This document shows, piece by piece, positions 16,605-27,306 of a stretch of DNA of 32,000 bases (the first letter of the stretch is position 1; the number at the start of each line of letters is the position of its first letter). Location: positions 1 through 32,000 of the forward strand of contig LVZN01000067.1 in assembly GCA_001695645.1 (NCBI GenBank), in the 5' to 3' direction. The translations under genes were made by a program, and so were the position numbers. The notes under the pieces were generated by a model. It had not been told where the DNA came from. It saw nothing but the letters and a program-made list of their open reading frames with translations, and made no database searches. The stretch comes from Erysipelotrichaceae bacterium MTC7 (GTDB taxonomy: Bacteria; Bacillota_I; Bacilli_A; Erysipelotrichales; Erysipelotrichaceae).

Positions 16605-17331
16605 CACCTGTGTCGGAATTGTCTTAAACAATCGCGATTACAAAGATAATGATGCACTAATTGATGTGTTGACCAAAGATTATGGACGTCTAACATTCGT
16701 TGCACGTGGGGTTAGAAAACACAACTCAAAAAATGCGACACCGTGTGCGATTTTACGAATCTCTAGATTTTATTTTGATTATAAAGAAACCAAAGGATTG
16801 CAAAATCTAAAAATAGCCGAGCCGGTTAAAAATTTCTTTCACATACAAAGTGATTTAGAAAAGCAAGCGATGGGTTGCTTGATGTTGGAGTTGATGGATT
16901 CTTTACAAATCGAAGATGAAGGTGCTTATGATTTGCTTGAACAAAGCTTACATTATCTAGATGAAACGAAAAATCCTTACCTTGTTTTGGGTTTGTATGT
17001 TGCCAAACTTTGTCGTTACATTGGAATTGAACCATTTGTGGACGGATGTGTAAATTGTCAAAGTGAACACCAAATTGTGGCAATTAGTGTAAATGATGGT
17101 GGATTTGTTTGTGCAAATTGTTTTCAACCAACACGTCACATTAAAAAAGATAAAAACCAGCTGCAGTTGTTTCGCATCTTACATAAAGCAGAGATTGACC
17201 AATTCCCATTAATTGAAGAAAGCGTCATTGTAACATTGGATGACTTACAGGACACATTTTCCTTTTTAATGGAGTACAGTGGGATTCGTGTGAAAGGATA
17301 TAAGTTTTTAAAACAAATAGCAGAGATGTAA
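16597..17331 (+). CDS. recO: DNA repair protein RecO
   Basis: 244 aa. OB-fold N-terminus and zinc finger CVNC...CANC. Overlaps the era end by 8 nt. Confidence 0.92.
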   Translation: MNNTCVGIVLNNRDYKDNDALIDVLTKDYGRLTFVARGVRKHNSKNATPCAILRISRFYFDYKETKGLQNLKIAEPVKNFFHIQSDLEKQAMGCLMLELMDSLQIEDEGAYDLLEQSLHYLDETKNPYLVLGLYVAKLCRYIGIEPFVDGCVNCQSEHQIVAISVNDGGFVCANCFQPTRHIKKDKNQLQLFRILHKAEIDQFPLIEESVIVTLDDLQDTFSFLMEYSGIRVKGYKFLKQIAEM

Positions 17332-17334
17332 AGG

Positions 17335-17357
17335 AAGTGAAGCAATTCACTTTTTTA
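17335..17357 (+). terminator. Intrinsic terminator after recO
   Basis: AAGTGAA / TTCACTT stem, 4-nt loop, then TTTTTT. Confidence 0.65.
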
Positions 17358-17466
17358 ACTTTTCCAAGCGTGCGTCATATTGATAGATATTGACTTTCGT
17401 GTTATTATATAGAATGTATAAAATTGTGCATTTTGCACATTTACATAAAGAATAGAAGAGGGTATT

Positions 17467-18852
17467 ATGAGCAAAAGTAACTTTGAAACAGTAGTAAATC
17501 ATATGAAGAGTACAGGGTTTGTTTACCAAGGTAGTGAAATCTACGGTGGTTTATCAAATACTTGGGACTTTGGTCCACTTGGAGTTGAGTTAAAAGACAA
17601 CTTAAAAAAAGCTTGGTGGCAAAAATTTATCCAAGAAGATCCAAATAACGTAGGGATGCAAAGTGCCATCTTAATGAACCCTCAAGTATGGGTAGCTAGT
17701 GGTCACGTTGGTGGTTTCTCAGATCCGTTGATGGATTGTAAATCATGTAAAACACGTTATCGTGCTGACCAATTAATTGAAGATCATTCAAAAGGTGAAG
17801 TGAATCCTTCAGGATGGTCAAAAGAAGAAATGAAACAATACATTGATGATAACCACATCAATTGTCCAAACTGTGGAAAACATGATTGGACGGATATTCG
17901 TGAGTTTAACTTAATGTTTAAAACGTTCCAAGGGGTTACAGAAGACAGTAAAAGCACGATTTACTTACGTCCAGAAACAGCACAAGGTATCTTTGTGAAT
18001 TTCAAGAATGTACAACGTACAATGCGTAAGAAATTACCTTTTGGAATTGGTCAAATTGGTAAAAGTTTTAGAAATGAAATTACACCAGGTAACTTTATCT
18101 TTAGAACAAGAGAGTTTGAACAAATGGAACTTGAATTCTTTTGTAAGCCTGGCGATGACATTCAGTGGTATGATTACTACAAAAACTACTGCATGAACTT
18201 CTTGACCAACATTGGTATTAAAGAAGACAATTTACGATTACGTGAACATGATGCAGAAGAATTATCCCACTACTCAAATGGAACAAGTGATATTGAATAC
18301 CGTTACCAAATTGGTAAAGGAAACGATTGGGGAGAGTTGTGGGGAATTGCTGACCGTACAGACTTTGACTTAACTGCTCACCAAAACGAAAGTAAAAAAT
18401 CGCTTGAATACCAAGATCCACAAACAAATGAAAAATACGTACCATACTGTATTGAACCTTCAGTTGGAGTGGAACGTATGATGCTTGCTGTTATGTGTGA
18501 TGCATATGAAGAAGAAGCATTGGAAAACGATACACGTAAAGTGCTTCGTTTACATCCGTTTTTAGCTCCATACAAAGCTTGTATCTTACCATTAAGTAAG
18601 CAGCTGGCAGATGAAGCAAAGGGATTGTTTGGTTCGCTAGCAAGTTCATTTGCTTTGACGTATGATGAAGCAGGTAGTATTGGAAAACGTTACCGTCGTC
18701 AAGATGAAATCGGAACACCGTTCTGTATTACATATGACTTCGATAGTAAAGAAGATAACAGTGTAACGGTTCGTGATCGTGACACGATGGAACAAGTTCG
18801 TATTAAAATTGATGAACTTGAAAGTTTTATTGCAAGTAAGATTAAATTATAG
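17467..18852 (+). CDS. glyQS: Glycine--tRNA ligase (homodimeric alpha2 type)
   Basis: 461 aa. N-terminus [22 protein letters not shown]. Class II motifs [21 protein letters not shown] and GVERM. Confidence 0.96.
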   Translation: MSKSNFETVVNHMKSTGFVYQGSEIYGGLSNTWDFGPLGVELKDNLKKAWWQKFIQEDPNNVGMQSAILMNPQVWVASGHVGGFSDPLMDCKSCKTRYRADQLIEDHSKGEVNPSGWSKEEMKQYIDDNHINCPNCGKHDWTDIREFNLMFKTFQGVTEDSKSTIYLRPETAQGIFVNFKNVQRTMRKKLPFGIGQIGKSFRNEITPGNFIFRTREFEQMELEFFCKPGDDIQWYDYYKNYCMNFLTNIGIKEDNLRLREHDAEELSHYSNGTSDIEYRYQIGKGNDWGELWGIADRTDFDLTAHQNESKKSLEYQDPQTNEKYVPYCIEPSVGVERMMLAVMCDAYEEEALENDTRKVLRLHPFLAPYKACILPLSKQLADEAKGLFGSLASSFALTYDEAGSIGKRYRRQDEIGTPFCITYDFDSKEDNSVTVRDRDTMEQVRIKIDELESFIASKIKL

Positions 18853-18863
18853 GAGATGATTTC

Positions 18864-20606
18864 GTGGCCAGAATCCCAGAAAACGTCATTAATGACATTC
18901 GCAATCGCAGTGATATCGTTGATGTAATTTCTCATTATATCCCATTGGATAAAAAAGGGAAAAATTATGTTGGGGTATGTCCGTTTCATGATGATCATGA
19001 TCCTTCGATGTCCGTTCATGTAGACAAGCAAATTTATCGTTGCTTTGCCTGCGGAGCGGGTGGGAATGTATTTACCTTTGTACAAAACTATGAAAATGTA
19101 GGATTTGTGGAAGCGGTAAAGCGTGTAGCGAACATTGGAAATTTACCTTTTGATTATGATGTAGGTATTCATGTACCAAAAGTTGATCCTGAAAAAAAGG
19201 CACTCTATGATGTCTTAAATGATGCGATAGCTTTTACGAGTTATGAATTGAAATCACAAGCTGGTAAACCTTTTTACGACTATTTAAAAAGTCGCAGCAT
19301 CAACGATGCAATGTTAGAGAAATTCCAAATTGGGTTTAATCCAAGTGAAGATAAACTCTATCATTTCCTACATGCAAAAAAACATAGCGATGAAGATATT
19401 TTAAAAACCGGCGTTGTGCGTTTAACGCAACAAGGATTACGTGATGTCTTTTACAATCGTTTTATGATTCCCATTCATGATAGTTATGGTAATCCAGTTG
19501 GTTTCACTGCGCGGATCATTGATCAGTCAAGTGATGCCAAATATATAAATACATCTGATACCCCAGTGTATAGTAAAGGAAATTTGTTGTTTAACTATCA
19601 CCGGGCCAAAGATGAAGCACGTAAACAAGGCATGATTTATGTTGTTGAAGGTGCGATGGATGTACTTGCTTTGGAAAAAGCAGGAATTGTGAATGGAGTT
19701 GCAACCTTAGGAACCGCAGCAACCGATAGTCAGTGTAAACTGATTCGGTATACCAACGCAAAAGTATATCTCTTTTACGATGGTGATAAAGCAGGGCAGG
19801 AAGCAACCTATAAATTTGGTTTAATTAGCCAAAAGCAAGGACTTCAAGTAGAAGTCGTAAAAAATGACTTGGGCTTGGATCCTGATGAAATTATTGAAAC
19901 TTACGGAATCGAGGAATTGCAGCGTATTAGCAAAAACACGATTTCGTGGATTGAGTTTATGATGAATTATTTGGCAAAGAAATTTAACTTAGCTAATTAT
20001 TCAGAAAAAAAAGAATACGCAAAGCTTGTTGGTGAGCAAATCGCAAAACTTAAAGATGATTTCGAAAAAGAAAATTACTTTAAAGTGTTACAAGAGCGCA
20101 GCGGCTTTGATTTACGAATGAATGAAGTGCAACCACAAGCACCGACGCAAACATTTGTCCAACAGACAAATACTCTGCGTAAACCACAACCTGGTATTGA
20201 TGTGGCGCAGTATCACATTCTAAGTCAATTGCTTCTAGCAAAACAAGCAGGCGAAATATTTCGACATGAATTAGGATTTCTTCCTACAGATGCGTACAAT
20301 CATTTGGCATTAGCAATGATTAACCATTATCGAACGCATGACTCGATTGAAGTCGCTGATTTGCTAAATGTATTAGAAGAACAAGACATGAAGAAACTTC
20401 TGTTACATGTCGTAGACTGGAATTTAGCCTATGAAGAATATTCAGAAGAATTGCTTCGGGATTCCATCAAAAAAATAAAGAAGTGTATGGTGGATGAAAA
20501 AATTAAAAACTTAAGACAACAAGCTACAGAATTGAGCGACCCTAAACAAAAAGCGAATATAGCTGTAGAAATCGCTAAGTTGCAACGAGAGAAAGGGGAT
20601 TATTAG
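18864..20606 (+). CDS. dnaG: DNA primase
   Basis: 580 aa. Zinc finger [13 protein letters not shown]...CFACGAGG and TOPRIM region ([15 protein letters not shown]). GTG start with AGGAG SD. Confidence 0.96.
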   Translation: MARIPENVINDIRNRSDIVDVISHYIPLDKKGKNYVGVCPFHDDHDPSMSVHVDKQIYRCFACGAGGNVFTFVQNYENVGFVEAVKRVANIGNLPFDYDVGIHVPKVDPEKKALYDVLNDAIAFTSYELKSQAGKPFYDYLKSRSINDAMLEKFQIGFNPSEDKLYHFLHAKKHSDEDILKTGVVRLTQQGLRDVFYNRFMIPIHDSYGNPVGFTARIIDQSSDAKYINTSDTPVYSKGNLLFNYHRAKDEARKQGMIYVVEGAMDVLALEKAGIVNGVATLGTAATDSQCKLIRYTNAKVYLFYDGDKAGQEATYKFGLISQKQGLQVEVVKNDLGLDPDEIIETYGIEELQRISKNTISWIEFMMNYLAKKFNLANYSEKKEYAKLVGEQIAKLKDDFEKENYFKVLQERSGFDLRMNEVQPQAPTQTFVQQTNTLRKPQPGIDVAQYHILSQLLLAKQAGEIFRHELGFLPTDAYNHLALAMINHYRTHDSIEVADLLNVLEEQDMKKLLLHVVDWNLAYEEYSEELLRDSIKKIKKCMVDEKIKNLRQQATELSDPKQKANIAVEIAKLQREKGDY

Positions 20607-20607
20607 T

Positions 20608-21822
20608 ATGGCAAAAAAGAAAATTTTAGATGAAGTAAAAACATTGGATCAAGTAAAAGAGGATCTATTAAAAACCCACAAGGAAAAAGGTAAAATCACG
20701 CAGTCTTACATTGATAAACAAGTGGAACACTTGGATTTATCTGATCAAGACACAGAGGATCTATTTGCGTGGTTTACCCAAAATAACATCCCCATTGATG
20801 AAGATGATCTTGAAATTGACGAAAGTTCAATCGTTGAAGGAAAAGATGCAAAAATGGATGTTGAGGATGTGGATGATGTCGATGATGCATTGCTAAGTGA
20901 ACTTGGTGATGACGAAGAAGAAGATAAAAAAGAATTAAGTGATTTAGAAACGCTTGAACAATCATTTGCGGCCAGTAGCCAAAGCAAAGTAAATGATCCA
21001 GTAAAAATGTATCTAAAAGAAATTGGACGTGTAGAACTACTTGATCCAAAAGAAGAACCAGAAATTGCCAAACGAATTCAAGAAGGTGATGAAGAAGCGA
21101 AAAAGAAATTGATTGCTGCCAACCTTCGTCTTGTTGTTTCGATTGCGAAAAAATACGTAGGACGTGGAATGTTATTCCTTGACTTGATTCAAGAAGGTAA
21201 CATGGGTCTTGCTAAAGCAGTTGAGAAGTTTGACTACACCAAAGGATTTAAGTTTTCTACTTATGCAACTTGGTGGATTCGTCAAGCAATCACTCGTGCG
21301 ATTGCTGACCAAGCGCGTACCATTCGTATTCCTGTGCACATGGTTGAAACAATCAACAAACTAACAAGAATTCAAAGACAATTGGTCCAAGATTTAGGAC
21401 GTGATCCTTCAGCTGAAGAAATAGCGGAAAAAATGGGTGGAATTACACCAGAAAAAGTTCGTGAAATTCAAAAGATTGCCCTTGAACCAGTTTCTTTAGA
21501 AACTCCAATTGGAGAAGAAGATGACTCTCACTTAGGAGACTTCATTGAAGATAAAGATGCCATGTCACCAGATGAGTATGCAAACAACCAATTGTTGAAA
21601 GATGAAATCAATATGGTTCTTCAAGGTTTAACAGAACGTGAAGAAAAAGTTTTACGTTTACGTTTTGGACTTTACGATGGTCGTACAAGAACCCTTGAAG
21701 AAGTAGGTAAAGAATTTAACGTAACACGTGAACGTATTCGTCAAATTGAAGCAAAAGCTTTAAGAAAACTGAAACACCCAACACGTTCAAAACGTTTAAA
21801 AGATTTCATGGACAAACAATAG
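20608..21822 (+). CDS. rpoD: Primary RNA polymerase sigma factor (sigma-70/SigA)
   Basis: 404 aa. Acidic N-terminal region, region 2 ([33 protein letters not shown]) and region 4 ([20 protein letters not shown]). Confidence 0.97.
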   Translation: MAKKKILDEVKTLDQVKEDLLKTHKEKGKITQSYIDKQVEHLDLSDQDTEDLFAWFTQNNIPIDEDDLEIDESSIVEGKDAKMDVEDVDDVDDALLSELGDDEEEDKKELSDLETLEQSFAASSQSKVNDPVKMYLKEIGRVELLDPKEEPEIAKRIQEGDEEAKKKLIAANLRLVVSIAKKYVGRGMLFLDLIQEGNMGLAKAVEKFDYTKGFKFSTYATWWIRQAITRAIADQARTIRIPVHMVETINKLTRIQRQLVQDLGRDPSAEEIAEKMGGITPEKVREIQKIALEPVSLETPIGEEDDSHLGDFIEDKDAMSPDEYANNQLLKDEINMVLQGLTEREEKVLRLRFGLYDGRTRTLEEVGKEFNVTRERIRQIEAKALRKLKHPTRSKRLKDFMDKQ

Positions 21823-21823
21823 A

Positions 21824-22483
21824 ATGAAAATTTCAAAAAGACTTCAAGCAATTGCGAACTTCGTCGATCAAGATGCAATAGTCGCGGATATTGGGTGTGA
21901 TCATGCACAACTAGCTTGTGCGCTAGTCAACGATGGAATCGCAAAAAAGGCATATGCTTGTGATATTGCTTGTGAGCCACTAGAGGCTGCAAAAAAGACA
22001 ATTGAAAGAAGCGAATGCGAAAATAAGGTTGAAGCAATCTTATGTGATGGATTAGAGTTGGTACCTGCTGATGCGGATATCTTCATTATTGCGGGAATGG
22101 GATTTGAAACAATCAAACACATTCTTGAAGAAAGTGAAGCAAAATTAAAACAAGCAAGAAAAATTATCATTCAATCCAATAAAGATGTTGAAAAACTTCG
22201 AATGTACATTAGTGAAAAACGTTACCATATACAAGAGGAGGTCGTTGTACATGACCACCATTACTATCAAATTTTAGTATTTGATGTGGCTAGTGATGAA
22301 CCACTTTCAAATGATGAAATTATGTTTGGACGTAGAATGGTAAAAAACAGTGTGTTTCATCAATACTGGTTTTCACAATTAAAGAAATTTGAAGACATCT
22401 ATGCTGGCATGGAAACAGATAGTGATAAAAAGCAGGCAATGGGTGAAATCATTGAAAGAATTCAAAAGGAAATTGGAGTGTAA
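21824..22483 (+). CDS. trmK: tRNA (adenine22-N1)-methyltransferase TrmK
   Basis: 219 aa. SKRLQAIANFV...VADIGCDHAQLACALV N-terminus characteristic of TrmK/YqfN. Conserved position after sigA. Confidence 0.85.
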   Translation: MKISKRLQAIANFVDQDAIVADIGCDHAQLACALVNDGIAKKAYACDIACEPLEAAKKTIERSECENKVEAILCDGLELVPADADIFIIAGMGFETIKHILEESEAKLKQARKIIIQSNKDVEKLRMYISEKRYHIQEEVVVHDHHYYQILVFDVASDEPLSNDEIMFGRRMVKNSVFHQYWFSQLKKFEDIYAGMETDSDKKQAMGEIIERIQKEIGV

Positions 22484-22540
22484 GACTCCCTATTTCCTTT
22501 TTTTTGAAGTAAAATAGAAGTATAAGAAAGAAGGGGTATC

Positions 22541-23506
22541 ATGTTAGATAAATATACGATTTCTTTGTCAGATGTTTCATTCGACCAATATAGTAATTTA
22601 TTTGGACCACATGAAGCATACTTGGATGTCATTCGTAATTATTATAGGGTGGAGATTGTTTTCCGCGAAGAAAGTGTATCCATTATGCAAGTCGATGAAG
22701 ATATTGCAAAACGCATTGAAAAAGTCATTCGTTATATGATTTCTGCAAATGCAGGGGGCTTACAAGTAAAGGGACGTGAAGTGCTTTATGCATGTAAACT
22801 TGCTGATCAAGGAAAACTTGATAAGTTAGAGAAAATTCATAAAGAAGTGATCAATCGTACCAATGATGGTAAAATCATTTATCCAAAAACGCTTGGACAA
22901 TCGTACTTATTTAAATGTATGCGAGAAAAGGATATCGTGTTTGCAACAGGGGTTGCAGGAACTGGAAAAACCTATCTTGCGGTCATGTACGCGGTAAGTT
23001 TACTGAAGAAAAACGAAGTCGAGAAAATTATATTAACAAGACCGGCCGTTGAGGCTGGAGAAAGTCTAGGTTTCTTACCTGGTGATTTAAAAGAGAAGGT
23101 GGATCCGTACTTAACACCTCTATATGATGCTTTAAACGATGCACTTGGAGCAGATAGTGTACAGCGCTTGATTGATAAAGCAGTAATTGAGATTGCACCA
23201 CTGGCATATATGCGCGGTCGTACCTTAAATAATGCGTTTATTATCTTAGATGAAGCACAAAACTCAACCAAGTCACAAATGAAAATGTTCTTAACCCGTA
23301 TGGGATTTAATTCTAAAGTTGTGGTTACAGGGGACGTTACGCAAATTGACTTAATCAAGAAACACGATTCTGGCTTGGTTAGTGCACGACAAGTATTACA
23401 AAATATTGAAGACATTGCTTTTGTTGAATTAACAAGTGCTGATGTTGTAAGAAACCCACTCGTACAAAAAATTATCGACGCTTACGAAAAGTTTGACGAG
23501 AATTAA
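22541..23506 (+). CDS. phoH: PhoH-family ATPase
   Basis: 321 aa. Walker A GVAGTGKTYLAV, Walker B ILDEAQN, and the GDVTQIDL motif. Confidence 0.93.
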   Translation: MLDKYTISLSDVSFDQYSNLFGPHEAYLDVIRNYYRVEIVFREESVSIMQVDEDIAKRIEKVIRYMISANAGGLQVKGREVLYACKLADQGKLDKLEKIHKEVINRTNDGKIIYPKTLGQSYLFKCMREKDIVFATGVAGTGKTYLAVMYAVSLLKKNEVEKIILTRPAVEAGESLGFLPGDLKEKVDPYLTPLYDALNDALGADSVQRLIDKAVIEIAPLAYMRGRTLNNAFIILDEAQNSTKSQMKMFLTRMGFNSKVVVTGDVTQIDLIKKHDSGLVSARQVLQNIEDIAFVELTSADVVRNPLVQKIIDAYEKFDEN

Positions 23507-23548
23507 GGACTCTAATGAAAAGAAGTGAATACTACAATAGGTGATACA

Positions 23549-24016
23549 ATGAAAAAAATAATCCTTATTGCAGCGTTCCTTCTTTTTTTATTTTGGAATC
23601 AAAACAGTTACGTAGATTTAATAGACTACCAATCTGAGCATATTGAAGTTGAAATCAAAGGTGAGGTTGCTAAACCTGGAGTTTATCAACTGGTTTACAA
23701 TGCAAAAGTTAAAGACCTTTTAGATCAAGCAAGTATCCTTGAAAGTGCAGATACAACTGCCTTGAACTTATCTAAAAACTTGCGCAATGAAGAAGTGATT
23801 GTTGTTCCTGCAAAAAGTGAACGCAAGAAAGTAAGCATTAATGCAGGTACAATTGAAGAATTGGCAACATTGCCAAACATTGGTCCGTCAACTGCGCAGA
23901 AAATTATTGATTATCGAAAAGAACAAGGTGGCTTTCGTTCGTTGGAAGATATTATGAAAGTAAAAGGCATTAAAGAAAAACTCTTTCATAAGATTAAGGA
24001 CTACATCTGTTTATAA
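23549..24016 (+). CDS. comEA: Competence protein ComEA (membrane-anchored helix-hairpin-helix DNA receptor)
   Basis: N-terminal TM anchor, SLBB-like segment (VEIKGEVAKPGVY) and C-terminal HhH (INAGTIEELATLPNIGPSTAQKIIDYR). ATG 23549 with AGGTGA SD is preferred over the track start. Confidence 0.9.
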   Translation: MKKIILIAAFLLFLFWNQNSYVDLIDYQSEHIEVEIKGEVAKPGVYQLVYNAKVKDLLDQASILESADTTALNLSKNLRNEEVIVVPAKSERKKVSINAGTIEELATLPNIGPSTAQKIIDYRKEQGGFRSLEDIMKVKGIKEKLFHKIKDYICL

Positions 24017-25944
24017 TGAATTACATCTTTTATGTTTGGTGTACAGCAATGGTGCTGATTGTTAATCAAAATCCAAAAACAAATATCCTTGTCATTCTAT
24101 TGTCAATCGGTTACCTTACCTTTAAAACAAAGCGTTGGACTTTGTATTGGCTAGTTATATTAATTGTCTTCAATACGATGTTGATACAAGTTACACCAAG
24201 TAAGCCAAAACATAAGATTATGGAAGTTATTGATGTGAAAGAAGACTATGTCGTTGGACAATTGGATAAGCAAAAGGTCTATGTATACAATGTTAGCAAC
24301 GTCAATTATCATGACATTATTGAAATTGATGGCACGTATGAACCAATCAAATCGATAAAAAATCTACATACATTCTCTTTTGAGACGTATGCTAAACAAG
24401 AGGGGGCATACTATCAAATGTATGCATATGATTTTACTGTGTTGGCAAAAAGCGAATCTATACGCGCGACGGTCTACAACTTTTTTGCAAAGTTACAAAA
24501 CCCGGTAAAACCTTATTTTATGAAAGTGTTTTATAATCAAAAAACAGACAAGATGGATATGACGTTTCTTAGTGGTTTTCATATCTACTTATTGGTGAAA
24601 ACGATAGGAAAGAGAATCAAGCTTGATCGTTGGTTGATTGTATTTGTCGTAAGTGTTTTAGGGCTGATTGCATTTCCTTTACGTTTTTATTTGCTATCTT
24701 TATGTATACGAGCTTTTATACATTTACTTTTTCCAGCGATGCATCAAAGACATAAGACACATCTTTGGGCATTTGCTTTACTATGGTACAATCCTAACTA
24801 CCTCTATCATCTTGGGTATGTCATATCTGTTTCACTTGCAACAATTTCACTGTTTAACGTACAAAAACGAAGCCGTTTCATAGTGACGTTACTTGTTTTG
24901 ATCCCGATTCATTTGTATTTTTTTCATGAAGCTAACATCTTATCAATTCTATTTTTTACTTGGATTCAACTTGAAAATACAGTGATGTTTGTTTTTGCTA
25001 TACTTGCTTTAATGATTCCACCAATAAGTGGCATACTTACTTTGGTCTTACAGTTTCAACAAAGTTTATCATCCTTTAAAATTGAATGGCTTACGATATA
25101 TGGTTTACCAAGTGTAATTTGGTTAATTGTGTGGGGATATTTAACATTGTGTATTATCAGTTTTCAAAAAAGAAAACATGGTATCGGTATCGTACTGTTA
25201 CTGTTGATGCAATACCATATACAGTATTTACACCCTGTTGGTGAAGTCATGTTTATGGATGTTGGACAAGGTGATACCATCTTCATCCAAGAACCGTTCT
25301 TTGGTAAGACGATGTTAATTGATGTTGCTGGACATTTAAAAAAAGATCTTGTTGAAGATGTCATCTATCCGGTTTTAAAAGCAAAGGGAGTTCGTAAACT
25401 TGATGTTGTTGCGATTAGTCATGATGATTACGACCATAGCGGTGGGCTAAAAAAACTTCAGGAACGTATCCCAATTCAAAAAGTCGTTCGTGAAGGGAAT
25501 ATAAAACTAAAGGAATTGGAGTTTATCAATCTTAATGATCATCCAACATCCACAGAGGAAAATGAACGGAGTATGGTATTGTTTGCAAATATCTATGGGT
25601 TTAACTACTTGTTCACAGGTGATGCTGGTCATCCAGTAGAAGAACAAATCATGCAAACACACAACAAACTCAAAATAGATATTTTAAAAGTAAGTCATCA
25701 TGGATCAAACAGTGGCACAAGTGCTGCTTTTTTAGCAACGGTTCGTCCTCGAGTTTCAATCATAAGCAGTGGACATAACAATACTTATGGACATCCACAT
25801 GATGAAGTCATAGAAAACCTTCAAAAACAGCGAACCCATTCCTTGAACACACAAGAACATGGTAGTCTACATTTTTATTTCATCAAAAATGTGCAACTAT
25901 TTAGGACAGCCACCCAAGAGTTTGGTATAATAACAAAGGAATGA
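24016..25944 (+). CDS. comEC: DNA internalisation competence protein ComEC/Rec2
   Basis: 642 aa. Polytopic competence domain plus C-terminal metallo-beta-lactamase domain (DVGQGDT, SHDDYDHSGG, SHHGS). TAATG overlap with comEA. Confidence 0.92.
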   Translation: MNYIFYVWCTAMVLIVNQNPKTNILVILLSIGYLTFKTKRWTLYWLVILIVFNTMLIQVTPSKPKHKIMEVIDVKEDYVVGQLDKQKVYVYNVSNVNYHDIIEIDGTYEPIKSIKNLHTFSFETYAKQEGAYYQMYAYDFTVLAKSESIRATVYNFFAKLQNPVKPYFMKVFYNQKTDKMDMTFLSGFHIYLLVKTIGKRIKLDRWLIVFVVSVLGLIAFPLRFYLLSLCIRAFIHLLFPAMHQRHKTHLWAFALLWYNPNYLYHLGYVISVSLATISLFNVQKRSRFIVTLLVLIPIHLYFFHEANILSILFFTWIQLENTVMFVFAILALMIPPISGILTLVLQFQQSLSSFKIEWLTIYGLPSVIWLIVWGYLTLCIISFQKRKHGIGIVLLLLMQYHIQYLHPVGEVMFMDVGQGDTIFIQEPFFGKTMLIDVAGHLKKDLVEDVIYPVLKAKGVRKLDVVAISHDDYDHSGGLKKLQERIPIQKVVREGNIKLKELEFINLNDHPTSTEENERSMVLFANIYGFNYLFTGDAGHPVEEQIMQTHNKLKIDILKVSHHGSNSGTSAAFLATVRPRVSIISSGHNNTYGHPHDEVIENLQKQRTHSLNTQEHGSLHFYFIKNVQLFRTATQEFGIITKE

Positions 25945-26876
25945 ATTATACACTAATTGGAACGGAGAGTTTTCTTCGCAAACGAAAACTAAATCAACTA
26001 AAAAAGGAACATGATATTACTGAGATGAACTTGGTGTATTTTGATTATACAAAAGACCATATGGATAATATCTTAGAAGAATGCAATACGATGCCTTTTT
26101 TTAGTGATCACAAAATGGTTGTGATTCAAAATTGTACATTTTTTGGTTCAACCAATAAAGATACAGTTGAAGAATTGTTGCACTATTTGGATAAACCAAA
26201 TCCAACGACAATTGTTGTACTGGATTATGATGGAAAAAAGGATGCTAGAAAAAAACTTGGAAAAGAGTTAGCAAAACTAACAAAAGAATTTCGCTTTGAA
26301 GAGATTAGTGAAGATGAAAGAAATCGCATCGTTAAAGAAGCTTGTCAAAAACGTGGAATACAAATAGAACGTGATGCGCTACTTGTATTCTATGCACGTG
26401 TAGGCCTTGATTTAAACCGTATCTATACGGAATTAGAGAAACTTCAACTGCATGGTGGTACCATTACAAAAGAAGTGGTAGAAGCGCTTATCAGCCGCCC
26501 TATCGAAGATGATACTTTCTTGTTAAGTAATGCAATTTTTAATCATGATACGAAAAAGGTATTTTCACTTGTTCAAGACTTTAAGCAAAATAGTGTTGAA
26601 GTGATTGCCCTTATCGGTTTGTTGGCAGCACAGTTTCGTTTCTTGTTGCAAGTGCAAACGTTAAAAGAAGAAGGCTACGGTAATGATCATATTGCTCGTG
26701 AACTGTCAACTTCTCCAGGACGTATTTGGCATACTCTTAAAAATGTAGGGGAGTATCGTAAACAAGACTTGTTAGCAATTCTCAATGATTTATCTTTACT
26801 TGATCAAGATATAAAAATGGGTCGAGTGGAGAAGCAACAAGGGTTTGAAATATTCTTACTAAAACATACAGCATAA
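25941..26876 (+). CDS. holA: DNA polymerase III delta subunit
   Basis: 311 aa. Conserved position after comEC, with ATGA overlap. N-terminal clamp-loader-like fold pattern (LIGTESFL..., VVIQN). Confidence 0.85.
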   Translation: MNYTLIGTESFLRKRKLNQLKKEHDITEMNLVYFDYTKDHMDNILEECNTMPFFSDHKMVVIQNCTFFGSTNKDTVEELLHYLDKPNPTTIVVLDYDGKKDARKKLGKELAKLTKEFRFEEISEDERNRIVKEACQKRGIQIERDALLVFYARVGLDLNRIYTELEKLQLHGGTITKEVVEALISRPIEDDTFLLSNAIFNHDTKKVFSLVQDFKQNSVEVIALIGLLAAQFRFLLQVQTLKEEGYGNDHIARELSTSPGRIWHTLKNVGEYRKQDLLAILNDLSLLDQDIKMGRVEKQQGFEIFLLKHTA

Positions 26877-26885
26877 ACAAAGAAA

Positions 26886-26911
26886 AAAGGTTGTGGAATC
26901 CCACAACCTTT
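26886..26911. terminator. Bidirectional intrinsic terminator between convergent holA and rpsT
   Basis: Perfect 11-bp stem AAAGGTTGTGG / CCACAACCTTT with loop AATC. Strong T-run on the minus-strand reading (for rpsT), short T-run on the plus strand. Confidence 0.85.
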
Positions 26912-26925
26912 AATGTATTCATTTA

Positions 26926-27189
26926 CTATTTTACTGAGTTAACAGCTTTTGCTAAACGTGCTTTTTGTCTAGAAACATAATTCTTGTGATGGATGTTACT
27001 AGTAATTGAACGGTCTAATTGTTTGCTTGCTTCAGCGTATGCTTTTGCAGCAGCGTCCTTATCGTTAGCTTCAACAGCGCTCGCAACGGCTTTAATAGCT
27101 GTTTTGATTTTTGTTTTTTGTGATGCGTTAGCTAAACGTTTTTTATCATTAGTAATAACACGTTTCTTTTGAGATTTAATGTTAGGCAT
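26926..27189 (-). CDS. rpsT: 30S ribosomal protein S20
   Basis: MPNIKSQKKRVITNDKKR N-terminus. GGAGGTG SD at 27195-27201 (complement). The track extension to 27237 is rejected. Confidence 0.96.
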   Translation of the reverse strand: MPNIKSQKKRVITNDKKRLANASQKTKIKTAIKAVASAVEANDKDAAAKAYAEASKQLDRSITSNIHHKNYVSRQKARLAKAVNSVK

Positions 27190-27219
27190 TCTGACACCTC
27201 CTAATTTCAATGCCTTAAC

Positions 27220-27248
27220 ATTATAGCAATTGCACAAATAAAATGCAA
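27220..27248 (-). promoter_or_regulatory. Sigma-A type promoter of rpsT
   Basis: Minus strand: TTGCAT (27243-27248), 17 nt spacer, TATAAT (27220-27225). Confidence 0.6.
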
Positions 27249-27256
27249 TAACAACC

Positions 27257-27285
27257 TTTAACTTTTAGGTAACTTCAAGTATAAT
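27257..27285 (+). promoter_or_regulatory. Sigma-A type promoter of the fmt operon
   Basis: TTTAAC (27257-27262), 17 nt spacer, TATAAT (27280-27285), 21 nt upstream of the fmt ATG. Confidence 0.5.
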
Positions 27286-27306
27286 GGTAAAGATTGGGGT
27301 GATGGT

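Noticed and set aside
17332-17466. Possible T-box riboswitch upstream of glyQS
   Set aside because: Only about 110 nt lie between the recO terminator and the start codon. No T-box consensus (AGGGTGGTACCGCG-like) and no terminator/antiterminator pair is visible. The region looks like a plain promoter (TTGATA-17-TATTAT) plus SD.
20745-21071. Ser-rich and His-rich minus-strand ORFs (108 and 91 aa), and a 61-aa + strand alternative frame
   Set aside because: They mirror the acidic D/E-rich N-terminal region of sigA (GAT/GAA repeats read as Ser/Ile/Phe on the other strand). This is a low-complexity artefact.
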